Shown: piece by piece, positions 53,109-61,260 of the stretch
Layout: every line of letters starts with the position of its first letter
Numbering within the stretch: position 1 is the stretch's first letter
From: an uncultured delta proteobacterium
GTDB taxonomy: Bacteria > Desulfobacterota > Binatia > Binatales > Binataceae
Assembly (NCBI GenBank): GCA_963724765.1
Contig: CAVRVY010000004.1
Coordinates: forward strand, 352,001 to 416,000
Reading direction: 5' to 3'
DNA length: 64,000 nt
The notes under the pieces: generated by a model
Databases searched by the model: none
Told to the model about the DNA's origin: nothing
What the model saw: the letters and a program-made list of their open reading frames with translations, nothing else
Translations under genes and position numbers: made by a program

Positions 53109-54179
53109 GTGAACTTTGGCTTCATTCTGTTTTTCCGCAATCCGCCGCCGGCCAAGGTCTCCTTCGCCGAACTCTATCGCAAGGAAATCGATCTTGCGGT
53201 CGCCGCCGAAGAACTCGGCTACGACACCGTGTGGCTGAGCGAGCACCATTTCGTCGACGACGGCTATTCGCCGTCACTGCTGCCGATCGCGGCGGCGATC
53301 GCCGCGCGCACGAAAAAGATTCGCATCGGCACCTTCGTAATGCTGCTGCCGCTGCACAACGCGCTGCGCGTGGCCGAAGATGCCGCCACCGTCGATCTCA
53401 TTTCCAACGGCCGATTGGACCTCGGCCTGGGCCAAGGCTACCGCGTGCCGGAGTTCGTCGGCTTCAACATCCCGCGCAACGAACGTGGTCCGCGTTTGGA
53501 GGAAGGCACCGAGGTCATCCGGCGCGTATGGACCGAGCGCAACGTCACGATGGACGGGCGCTTCAACAAGCTCACCAACGTGACCGTAATCCCCGGCCCG
53601 GTGCAGAAGCCGCATCCGCCGCTCTGGCTCGCCGCGCGCGGACCGAAGTCGATCGGGCGCGCAGCGCGCAACGGCTACCATTTCATGGGCACCGGCGGGG
53701 TTGACCAGCAGCAGATGTACGACGCGGCGCTCAAGGAGCATGGCCGCGACCCCGAGGACTTCAGCATCGCGCAGCTACGGACCGTCTTCGTCGCCCCCAA
53801 GCACGACAAGGCCTGGGACGACGCCGAAGCCGGCGCGCACTACATGATGAGCTGCTACGGCAAGTGGTTCGTCGAGGCCAACGATCTTCCCGGCGACAAG
53901 GCGTTCGGCACCAACCTGCCGCCGATCGGCAAGTTGCGCCACTCGGAGACCGCTTCGCTATTTGGCGAGTCGATGCTGATCGGCACTCCCGACGAAGCGA
54001 TCGGCGGAATCGAGGACTACTTGAGCCGCACGCGCGTCACCCACCTGGTGGCGGCGATGGACCTGCCGGGGATGGATCCGCGCAAGGTGCGTCGCGGGAT
54101 GGAGTTGTTTGCCAAAGAGGTGATGCCTCACTTTCGCCGCAAGTCGCGCAAGCAGGTGAAGAAGGCGAAGAAGAAGTAA
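53109..54179 (+). CDS. LLM-class flavin-dependent oxidoreductase
   Basis: GYDTVWLSEHHF, EDAATVDLISNGRLDLGLG, PVQKPHPPLW, MELFAKEVMP. Confidence 0.93.
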   Translation: MNFGFILFFRNPPPAKVSFAELYRKEIDLAVAAEELGYDTVWLSEHHFVDDGYSPSLLPIAAAIAARTKKIRIGTFVMLLPLHNALRVAEDAATVDLISNGRLDLGLGQGYRVPEFVGFNIPRNERGPRLEEGTEVIRRVWTERNVTMDGRFNKLTNVTVIPGPVQKPHPPLWLAARGPKSIGRAARNGYHFMGTGGVDQQQMYDAALKEHGRDPEDFSIAQLRTVFVAPKHDKAWDDAEAGAHYMMSCYGKWFVEANDLPGDKAFGTNLPPIGKLRHSETASLFGESMLIGTPDEAIGGIEDYLSRTRVTHLVAAMDLPGMDPRKVRRGMELFAKEVMPHFRRKSRKQVKKAKKK

Positions 54180-54184
54180 GCGTC

Positions 54185-54601
54185 ATGCATCGTTTCGCCC
54201 GTATCATCGCGATCCTGAGCGCCCTGCTCTGTATGGCGGCCTGCCAGGCCGCCGTACGGCAGCAGGAACAGAAGAAGGCAGAAATCCACTTTTTCAACGC
54301 TACCGTTGACCGCCAGCGCATCCTGATCTCAACCGGCGATCTGAGTAATCCGCACGAAAAACTCGGCGACCTCAGCTACACCGAGCCGCTCAACGCGGAC
54401 AACATCGACAGTAGTCATATCAACGACAAGCTGCGCCAGATGGCGATCGATAAGTGGGGCACCCAGGTCGACGCACTACTCGACGTGAAGAGCACGCCCA
54501 ACGCCGACGCTACGATGATAACGGCCTCATGCGTGGCCGTGAGAGTCATCGGCGACTGCGATTTCTGCCGCCACAACTACACCCCGGAAGAGATCAAGTA
54601 G
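54185..54601 (+). CDS. Putative lipoprotein
   Basis: MHRFARIIAILSALLCMAAC lipobox, C-terminal CDFC; starts 5 bp after the LLM stop. Confidence 0.7.
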   Translation: MHRFARIIAILSALLCMAACQAAVRQQEQKKAEIHFFNATVDRQRILISTGDLSNPHEKLGDLSYTEPLNADNIDSSHINDKLRQMAIDKWGTQVDALLDVKSTPNADATMITASCVAVRVIGDCDFCRHNYTPEEIK

Positions 54602-54635
54602 CCTGATCGAATCGCATCGACCGCTGTAAACAACA

Positions 54636-54675
54636 ACGCGCGACGAGTAACGGACAACCCGCCCTCGTCGCGCGT
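54636..54675. terminator. Stem-loop between convergent genes
   Basis: ACGCGCGACGAG-N16-CTCGTCGCGCGT, 12-bp perfect stem, no clear U tract. Confidence 0.4.
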
Positions 54676-54704
54676 CTGAGTAAACGCCGCGCCTTGTGCG
54701 AGCG

Positions 54705-55538
54705 CTACTTGATCTTGTGCAGCACCGGCATCAGGTACTTCTTGAACGTCACCGGATTCTCGGACATCGGAAAGTGCCCGATCTCTTCCATGATGATGCA
54801 CTCGGCGTTGCGCACCTTTTTCGCGGTCTTCTGAGACATCTCGGGCGTGCAGGCGAAGTCATAGACGCCGGTCATGAAGTACAGCGGTATCTTGCCGGAG
54901 ATTTTCTCGCAATCCTCGCGAAAGTCATGATCGACGCTGTAGAAATACAAGTCGCCCTTGAAGATCCCGGGACCGCCCTGTGAGTAGTACCACCAGGTTT
55001 CCTGGCGATACTCGAACGGGCTCTGCGGCGCCATCAGCCCGTTGATCGCCGTGGCGCAGGCCTCGCCGCCGTGGATCTGCGCGTGCCACAGCCAGTCGAG
55101 CCACCATCCCGGCGAATAGTCACACGCTTCGATCGCGATGAGCGCGCGGAAGTAGTCGCTATAGCGTTGCGCCAGGTGCAGACAGATGTTGCCACCCATC
55201 GAACTGCCCATCACCACCGGCCGATCGAGATCGAGCTCGCGGCACAGCGCGACCACGAAGTCCGCGTAGAACTGGGCCGTAAGCTTGTACTCCTCTTTCC
55301 ACCAGCCCTTTGGAGGAATCGACTTGCCGTGGCGCGGGAGGTCGAAAGCGATCACGTGGAAGCGCTCGCTGATTTCCGGATCGTTGAGCTGATGGCGCCA
55401 TTCGCGTGAATCGGTGCCCGCGGTGTGCAGGCAGACCAGCGGAATGCCCTTGCCGGATTCCTCGTAGAAAATCCGGTACTCCTCGCCCTCGAACGGAACA
55501 TGAATATAGTGCCCGGTTACCGGCTCTATTTTTGCCAT
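54705..55538 (-). CDS. Alpha/beta-fold hydrolase
   Basis: CLHTAG, FDLPRHGKS, GSSMGG nucleophile elbow, GHFPMSENP. Confidence 0.9.
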   Translation of the reverse strand: MAKIEPVTGHYIHVPFEGEEYRIFYEESGKGIPLVCLHTAGTDSREWRHQLNDPEISERFHVIAFDLPRHGKSIPPKGWWKEEYKLTAQFYADFVVALCRELDLDRPVVMGSSMGGNICLHLAQRYSDYFRALIAIEACDYSPGWWLDWLWHAQIHGGEACATAINGLMAPQSPFEYRQETWWYYSQGGPGIFKGDLYFYSVDHDFREDCEKISGKIPLYFMTGVYDFACTPEMSQKTAKKVRNAECIIMEEIGHFPMSENPVTFKKYLMPVLHKIK

Positions 55539-55552
55539 GTCAGTGCGCCCCC

Positions 55553-55942
55553 CTATTCCTTGACCGCGCGCATCAGGTCAAGGGCCCATGCGAACGCCCG
55601 CAGGTTCTGCCACATCACCTTCACGTCGCCCTCGATTTTGAGGCGGCCGTGCAGTGTGTGCGACATCGCGATGATGTCGTTGTACATCGGAGGAGGAATC
55701 GGCTGCACGAACTTGGCCCAGGTCTCGGCGGGCGCCCGCAGCGCGAACTGGTAGGCGCTCTCGCCACCAATCTCGTGCTCCACGCGGTTGATCGCGCCGC
55801 GCTCGAAGCTCACGACGTAGGCATGCGGCCCGAACTCGAGCATCACGTCGGCGTTGAAGTGACGGCCCAACAGGCGCGCGACACTGTCCTGGTTGACCAT
55901 CTTCTGCCAACGCTCCACCCATCGAACATCAAAGGCAGGCAT
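55553..55942 (-). CDS. SCP2-like sterol/lipid-binding small protein
   Basis: Helix-beta pattern ending GRLKIEGDVKVMWQNL; GGAGG RBS; 14 bp from the hydrolase. Confidence 0.6.
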   Translation of the reverse strand: MPAFDVRWVERWQKMVNQDSVARLLGRHFNADVMLEFGPHAYVVSFERGAINRVEHEIGGESAYQFALRAPAETWAKFVQPIPPPMYNDIIAMSHTLHGRLKIEGDVKVMWQNLRAFAWALDLMRAVKE

Positions 55943-56074
55943 AGCTTTCCTCCCTGTGGGTTGTAAGCCAATTCATAACGCATCGGTGCGTCATCGCTCA
56001 AGAGCAGGGCCAAATACCGGGCCGAACGGCCGTGCGCGGCGCAGCGTCGCCCTTTTCCTCCGCGGGCGCGGGGC

Positions 56075-56114
56075 AAAAAAAAGCCCCGCCGGGTCCCGAA
56101 GGACCCGGCGGGGC
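56075..56114 (-). terminator. Rho-independent terminator of the DUF1329 operon
   Basis: GCCCCGCCGGGTCC-TTCG-GGACCCGGCGGGGC-TTTTTTTT, 9 bp after the stop. Confidence 0.93.
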
Positions 56115-56123
56115 ATGGCCTGT

Positions 56124-57590
56124 CTAGCGATGGACCTGTTCGAGACTATTGATGTCGAAAAGCTTCTCGGACTCGGCCCCCTTCACGTTGGGGAATCCAC
56201 CCGGAACGATCCAGATGGTTCCGCGATCGTTCTGCACGTCGAGCACCTGGACCGACTGAAACTCGGTCGAGTAGGCGCCCTTGTTGATGGCTTCCTGCCA
56301 ATCACCCTTGAAGCTCTCGCTCCACTTCTTCTGGAATTCCCAGACCTTCCAGAGCTTGTCCTTGTGGTCGAAGGCTTCCATCAGCCACGCGTCGTAGTTC
56401 TGCGAATCCCAATCCTCCACCACGCTCTTGTAAGGATGACGCTCGGAGGTGGGCGTGCGCTCCATGACCGCGAAGCGGCGCATCGTCCACGTATCATTCG
56501 GGATGATCCCATTGGGCCCGTATAGATAAGTGTACTCGTGCGAGGAATCGACGACGGCAAGCTGGTCCTTCCATCCGAGGAAGCGCCAGTGCCACTCGAG
56601 TTCACGGCCGGAGAAGCTGTAGAAATCCTCCAGCGTATGGTCGGTGCCCAGCAGCGAGTCCGACTTGACCTCGGCCGAAATACGCCGCACGCGCCGCAGA
56701 TTGGGGATGTATGCCCATCCATCGTCTTCGCGATGCGGATCGGCGTAGCGGTAGATGATGAATGCGGTGCCGCGGATATCAAACGGTGAGAAGAAGCCCG
56801 TGAACTCCTTGAACTCGAAATTCGACGCACCAGGCGCCGGCAAGGTATGGTTCTCCAGCATCGCGAGGTGGGTATAGTACAGGCGCTTGTAGAATGCACT
56901 CAGGGTGCGCTGGAAGCTGCCGCCGCCACCATAGATCAACTTCATCTCGTCGGCCGAGGGCACCGAGTAATTCAGATTCGAGAGACCCGCATTCGATAGC
57001 CAGTCCGCCGGAGCATCCTCCCACTTCGGAATCTCGTGCGTGCCGCCGAAGCGATCCCACGTGGCCGGCGGAATCGTAAACAGGCCGAAATTCTGCCAGC
57101 GGTATTCGTAATTCCACGCAGCTTTCCATCCGGCATCCGGGTCGGTCGTGTTGAGAGCCGAATTCGGGAAGGGCTGGCCACAGACGTAGTTGGCCATCGT
57201 ATGATCCGGCTGCAGGCGAACCTGGCTCTGGTATTTCTCCGTGCAAGCCATGTAGTCCTTGCGCGGAGTGTGATCCACGGGCGCAGCGATCGTCATTTTG
57301 AACTCAGGAAAATTGAACTGCTCTACGTAGCCAGGAAAAACAAACGGGCGCATCCGCTCGATGTCTTTGGCGGTGAGCACATCGCCGACCTTGAAGTCGG
57401 GCTTAGCATCCTTGTATTTGGCCAGCCACTCGTCAAACGTGGCCCGAGTATAACTCTTGACGTCCTGGGCCCTCGCGGTACCCCCGCCAAAGCAAAGACC
57501 GGCTGCCGCCACCAGGAACGCCAATGCCATGCACCATAGGCTCCCGGCGCGTCCCCCATGCGGCTTTAAATTACGTCGCATAATGCTCAT
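56124..57590 (-). CDS. DUF1329 family periplasmic protein (LolA-like)
   Basis: Signal peptide; GQPFP, AWNY, WAYIPNLRRVRR, FSGR..W.FLG, DHKDKLWK. Confidence 0.88.
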   Translation of the reverse strand: MSIMRRNLKPHGGRAGSLWCMALAFLVAAAGLCFGGGTARAQDVKSYTRATFDEWLAKYKDAKPDFKVGDVLTAKDIERMRPFVFPGYVEQFNFPEFKMTIAAPVDHTPRKDYMACTEKYQSQVRLQPDHTMANYVCGQPFPNSALNTTDPDAGWKAAWNYEYRWQNFGLFTIPPATWDRFGGTHEIPKWEDAPADWLSNAGLSNLNYSVPSADEMKLIYGGGGSFQRTLSAFYKRLYYTHLAMLENHTLPAPGASNFEFKEFTGFFSPFDIRGTAFIIYRYADPHREDDGWAYIPNLRRVRRISAEVKSDSLLGTDHTLEDFYSFSGRELEWHWRFLGWKDQLAVVDSSHEYTYLYGPNGIIPNDTWTMRRFAVMERTPTSERHPYKSVVEDWDSQNYDAWLMEAFDHKDKLWKVWEFQKKWSESFKGDWQEAINKGAYSTEFQSVQVLDVQNDRGTIWIVPGGFPNVKGAESEKLFDINSLEQVHR

Positions 57591-57696
57591 CTCCTCCCGT
57601 TTGGTTGTCCCTTTTGTCAGTTTCTTCCCCGTGGGGACCGTCAACGCTTATTATTTATAACGCTTCGTCCCGACGCTTTGTTCCGTCTGTTCAGTC

Positions 57697-59085
57697 TCAG
57701 CGGCTACCTAGCCGCTTGCCTCCTAACAAATGCATCGCCGTGTGGTCCAAACCGTCGGCTGCCGTGTACCGTACCGCGGGGTCAGTCTCCTGGACCATCG
57801 CGAGCAGCATCACGATCCCGTTGGGGCTCCCGATGCGTCCCAGTGACCAGGCGATATCCGCGCGGGTAATGGGGTCTTTGCTCTCGCGCAACAGCGCGCC
57901 GAGCAGTTCAACCTCGGGGTTGCCGCCGGCGGTACCGAGCGTCTTGACCGCCGCCAACTGAACGTCAGAATCGGACGACGATAGCGCCTCTACCAGAATC
58001 GGATGACCGGCATCAAAGGCTATATCGTCGAAAAGTTGCGCCGCATGCCTTCGCGTGACCTGATCGCTGTCGTGGATCGCGCCTCTCATATAAGCGATCC
58101 CGCCGGGATCGTTGTAATGAGTCAATGCTGCGGCCGCACCGATTCTGACGTCGATATTCTGGTCGGTCAGAGCCTGCCTGAGCAGCGGCAAGCTGGCCGG
58201 ATCATGCGCGTATCCCAAAGCAACCGCGGCCATCGCCCGCGCGTTGCCTTCGGAATGGTCGTTCAACGTGGCGCGCAGCATTCCTACGCCAGAATTATCG
58301 CCCAACAGCAGAAGCGCCTCCGCCGCCGTCACTCGGTCGAAAACTTGCCCCTTGGCCAATGCCAGCTTCAGCAACGGCACCGCATCGCGATCGCCTAGCC
58401 GGCCGAGAGCTTTCAACGCCGCCGCCCGCAGCGTGGGGTCAGTCTGCCTGGCGGCGTCGCTCAAGACGCTGATTGCGCTCGGGTCGGTTGCCGATGACAA
58501 TGCATTGACGATGAACCTGCGGTCCAGTATCTCTCCGTGAAAATAAAGATGCTTCAGGATCGCGACCGCCGTGTGGTCACCATCCTCACCCAAGCCGTCC
58601 GCCACCGCCATTTTTACGCTGAGGTCAGGATTGGTCTGGAAGGTATTGGCCAGCATCTGGAGCGCTTCGTTCTCGCCGCCCTCGGCGAGCGCACTGGCCG
58701 CATAGCACTGTTCGAAAAGGTCGGGCTCCTTGAGCCCTCGCTGCAGGACGATAATCGAAAACTGCCTGAGCGCAATCAGGCCCGACTCGTGGTCAAAGCG
58801 GTAGGTTGTATTGAGTTTGTTGGTCGCCTGGACGAGCTTGCCGCTCACGACCAAATTGCGAATCGCGATCATCGACGGATCGGTGATCGCTACCGTCCAG
58901 CGCTCGCGCGCGCGCCTCTGAATTAGCGCATTCGCACCAAGGATCAGTGCGACCACGGCGACCAGCGCCGTCGCCCATACTTTCAGTCCCCGCGACGAAA
59001 GCCATGCTGGCAGCCTAAATTCCGTGGCACTATCTCCGTTTGAAGTTCCGGGGCCCGGCGAACCGGGCCCCGGAACCTGTTTCAT
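57697..59085 (-). CDS. Membrane-anchored HEAT-repeat protein
   Basis: One N-terminal TM helix, then repeats such as LRAAALKALGRLGD, VRIGAAAAL, TRADIAWSLGRIG, VRYTAADGL. Confidence 0.85.
   Translation of the reverse strand: MKQVPGPGSPGPGTSNGDSATEFRLPAWLSSRGLKVWATALVAVVALILGANALIQRRARERWTVAITDPSMIAIRNLVVSGKLVQATNKLNTTYRFDHESGLIALRQFSIIVLQRGLKEPDLFEQCYAASALAEGGENEALQMLANTFQTNPDLSVKMAVADGLGEDGDHTAVAILKHLYFHGEILDRRFIVNALSSATDPSAISVLSDAARQTDPTLRAAALKALGRLGDRDAVPLLKLALAKGQVFDRVTAAEALLLLGDNSGVGMLRATLNDHSEGNARAMAAVALGYAHDPASLPLLRQALTDQNIDVRIGAAAALTHYNDPGGIAYMRGAIHDSDQVTRRHAAQLFDDIAFDAGHPILVEALSSSDSDVQLAAVKTLGTAGGNPEVELLGALLRESKDPITRADIAWSLGRIGSPNGIVMLLAMVQETDPAVRYTAADGLDHTAMHLLGGKRLGSR
59045..59076 (-). 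other. 14-bp perfect UUCG hairpin just after the DUF1302 stop
   Basis: GTTCCGGGGCCCGG-TTCG-CCGGGCCCCGGAAC. Confidence 0.75.
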
Positions 59086-59094
59086 CCGATCAAC

Positions 59095-61185
59095 CTAGAA
59101 GCGGTACCGTATGCGAGTCCAGAATTCGTCGTCCATGTTTTTCTGACCGCCGCCCGCCCCCGAGCGCGCAGGACCGAAGATGTCGGGGCTGAACGGTGCG
59201 TCTGCGGCCGTCGTGTGGCCCGCCTGGAAGACCGCGTTCGGTCCGAGGTTCTGTAGCATCGTTTTGCCGAGGAAGGCGTCAACCCCGATCGAAGCCGACC
59301 AATGGTCGTTGATTAGCCACTCATTGTTGCCGCCGATCGTCGCGTCGGTGCCCTCGGTCCCATACGCCGCGAAGACGAGCGGGATGATCTGGTCGCGATA
59401 GTAGTGCGTCTGGGTGAACGCGGTGAAGGTGAAGTCGTTCGTGCCAGTGACCAGTCCGGTCTTGCCGCCTTGTTCGCTATGCGCGCCAGGATAGTAAGTC
59501 TCGAACACCTGGAAGCTGCTGAAGAAAGTGCGATCCGCGTTCAGGAACTTGATGAAGTGCGGACGATCGAAGCCAACAACGTACTGCATGATGTCGTTGT
59601 TGGTCGTCCAGTCGAGTGAATTGGTGTCATTGAGGAGCGCGTTGTGCGTCCACGACGACTCGACGCGGATGACTACGCCGCTCCACGGCTCGAAGTAGTC
59701 AGCCGACAAGCCCAGCGTGTTGTCCTTGTGATAATTGATTTCCGCGCCGCCGCCGAAAGTGCAGTCGTTCAGGAAAGTATACGGATTCACGTTCTTGGCC
59801 AGATGAATCCACCGCGCCTGAGTCGCGATAATTGCCGCACCGCCGCCGCCCGCTCCATAAAAGCCTGGATAGCCCTTAGTGATATTGGCGAGCTTGGAGC
59901 AGTTCACGCCCGATTGCGCGAAATTACTGCCGCTGGAGATCCCGCCGTGGCCATTACCAATGACCTGAAGCGTATTCAGGGTGAACACCGGCGTTTGCGC
60001 GATGGCGTACCAATCGGTCAGCGCGAAGCGAATCGACGGGTGCGGAAGCTGGAAGTCCCACTTCATGCCGATGCCGCTGTTCTTTATGTTCCAGTTGGGC
60101 AGGTTTTCGCGGTTCAGACCGAAATTGACATGGTTGGGGTTACAGACCGTCGGAGTGCTGCTCCCACCGCACAGTCCGGCGTCGAACAGGCTGTTGTCAA
60201 ACGCGAAGGCCTTTTTCTGATCGCCGAAGTTCACTGCCCAAGGCTGGCCGCCCACACCCAATCCAACCGGATTGAACGTATCAAAGTTCCATACCAGGTT
60301 GCCCGCTACATCCTGCATGCCCAGCACGTCGCCAAAGCGATGCTGCAACCAGGCCGCAAGCTGTGGGATTCGAGTGTCTTCGAAGGGCTCGATGAAAAAG
60401 TGCTGCCCGAAGTCCACCGGATTGACGATGTCCTGAAGACGGAAGAAGTCGGCCTTGCCCCATACGACCTGTTGCTTGCCAAGTCGCAGCAGGTTGGATC
60501 CGAAGAAGTCCCACCGGAAGTCCAGGTAGGCTTCGCGATCGGGGTAGTAGTATTGATTGCTGTCGTCGCGCTCGAAACGCAGATTGTCGACCGACTGCGT
60601 TGCGTTAAAGCAACTCCAGCAAGAGGTCGCAACTCCGTTTATGACGCGGTAGTCGCTGATGTTAAAGCCCACTGGCTCCGGGAACTCCAGATTACGCGCG
60701 ACCACACCCTTGAAGCGCTTGGGGTTGTAGCCGAACGCCTTGAGCAGCCCCAAACCGGCGGTTTGCCCAGTGCTGGCAAACGGCGAGACGCCGATGCCTG
60801 AGAATCCGGTCGTGTGATTGCCGAAGCGGTCCGACACGAGATCATATGCGCCTTCGTAGCCCGGCCGGATTTCGGCGAAGTAGTTCACCGAGAGCCCCGT
60901 CCCCAATGGTACGCCGATCACGGTGGGCAAGGTGGCGTCCTTGATGATCTGACCCGAAGGCTGCAAATCGATACGATTGCGGATCGACGCCACATTGTAA
61001 TCGCTTACAAAAGTATTGCTACGGATGATTTCTTGATTCTCCAGGTAGCCGTGGAGCTCAAAGCTGTCCTCCAGGTTTTGCGCAATTCCCTGCTGCGCGA
61101 AGGCGGGGCCGCCCACCATCACCGCGAGCGCCGCCACCAAGCCCAACAGCCATACCCGCTCTTTGCTTTTCCAACCTACATTCAT
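59095..61185 (-). CDS. DUF1302-like outer-membrane beta-barrel protein
   Basis: Signal peptide; REAYLD..LRLGKQQVVWGKADFFRLQDIVNPVD; C-terminal RIRYRF beta-signal. Confidence 0.85.
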   Translation of the reverse strand: MNVGWKSKERVWLLGLVAALAVMVGGPAFAQQGIAQNLEDSFELHGYLENQEIIRSNTFVSDYNVASIRNRIDLQPSGQIIKDATLPTVIGVPLGTGLSVNYFAEIRPGYEGAYDLVSDRFGNHTTGFSGIGVSPFASTGQTAGLGLLKAFGYNPKRFKGVVARNLEFPEPVGFNISDYRVINGVATSCWSCFNATQSVDNLRFERDDSNQYYYPDREAYLDFRWDFFGSNLLRLGKQQVVWGKADFFRLQDIVNPVDFGQHFFIEPFEDTRIPQLAAWLQHRFGDVLGMQDVAGNLVWNFDTFNPVGLGVGGQPWAVNFGDQKKAFAFDNSLFDAGLCGGSSTPTVCNPNHVNFGLNRENLPNWNIKNSGIGMKWDFQLPHPSIRFALTDWYAIAQTPVFTLNTLQVIGNGHGGISSGSNFAQSGVNCSKLANITKGYPGFYGAGGGGAAIIATQARWIHLAKNVNPYTFLNDCTFGGGAEINYHKDNTLGLSADYFEPWSGVVIRVESSWTHNALLNDTNSLDWTTNNDIMQYVVGFDRPHFIKFLNADRTFFSSFQVFETYYPGAHSEQGGKTGLVTGTNDFTFTAFTQTHYYRDQIIPLVFAAYGTEGTDATIGGNNEWLINDHWSASIGVDAFLGKTMLQNLGPNAVFQAGHTTAADAPFSPDIFGPARSGAGGGQKNMDDEFWTRIRYRF

Positions 61186-61260
61186 GTTGCTTCCCCCGAA
61201 GTTTGCGAGAACAAAACCAACAACCCTAAGCGCCAAACAGAACCCTTCCCCGACCTCCGT

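Noticed and set aside
53864-54184. N-terminal extension of the 54185 lipoprotein
   Set aside because: Overlaps the LLM gene out of frame; the signal peptide begins at ATG 54185.
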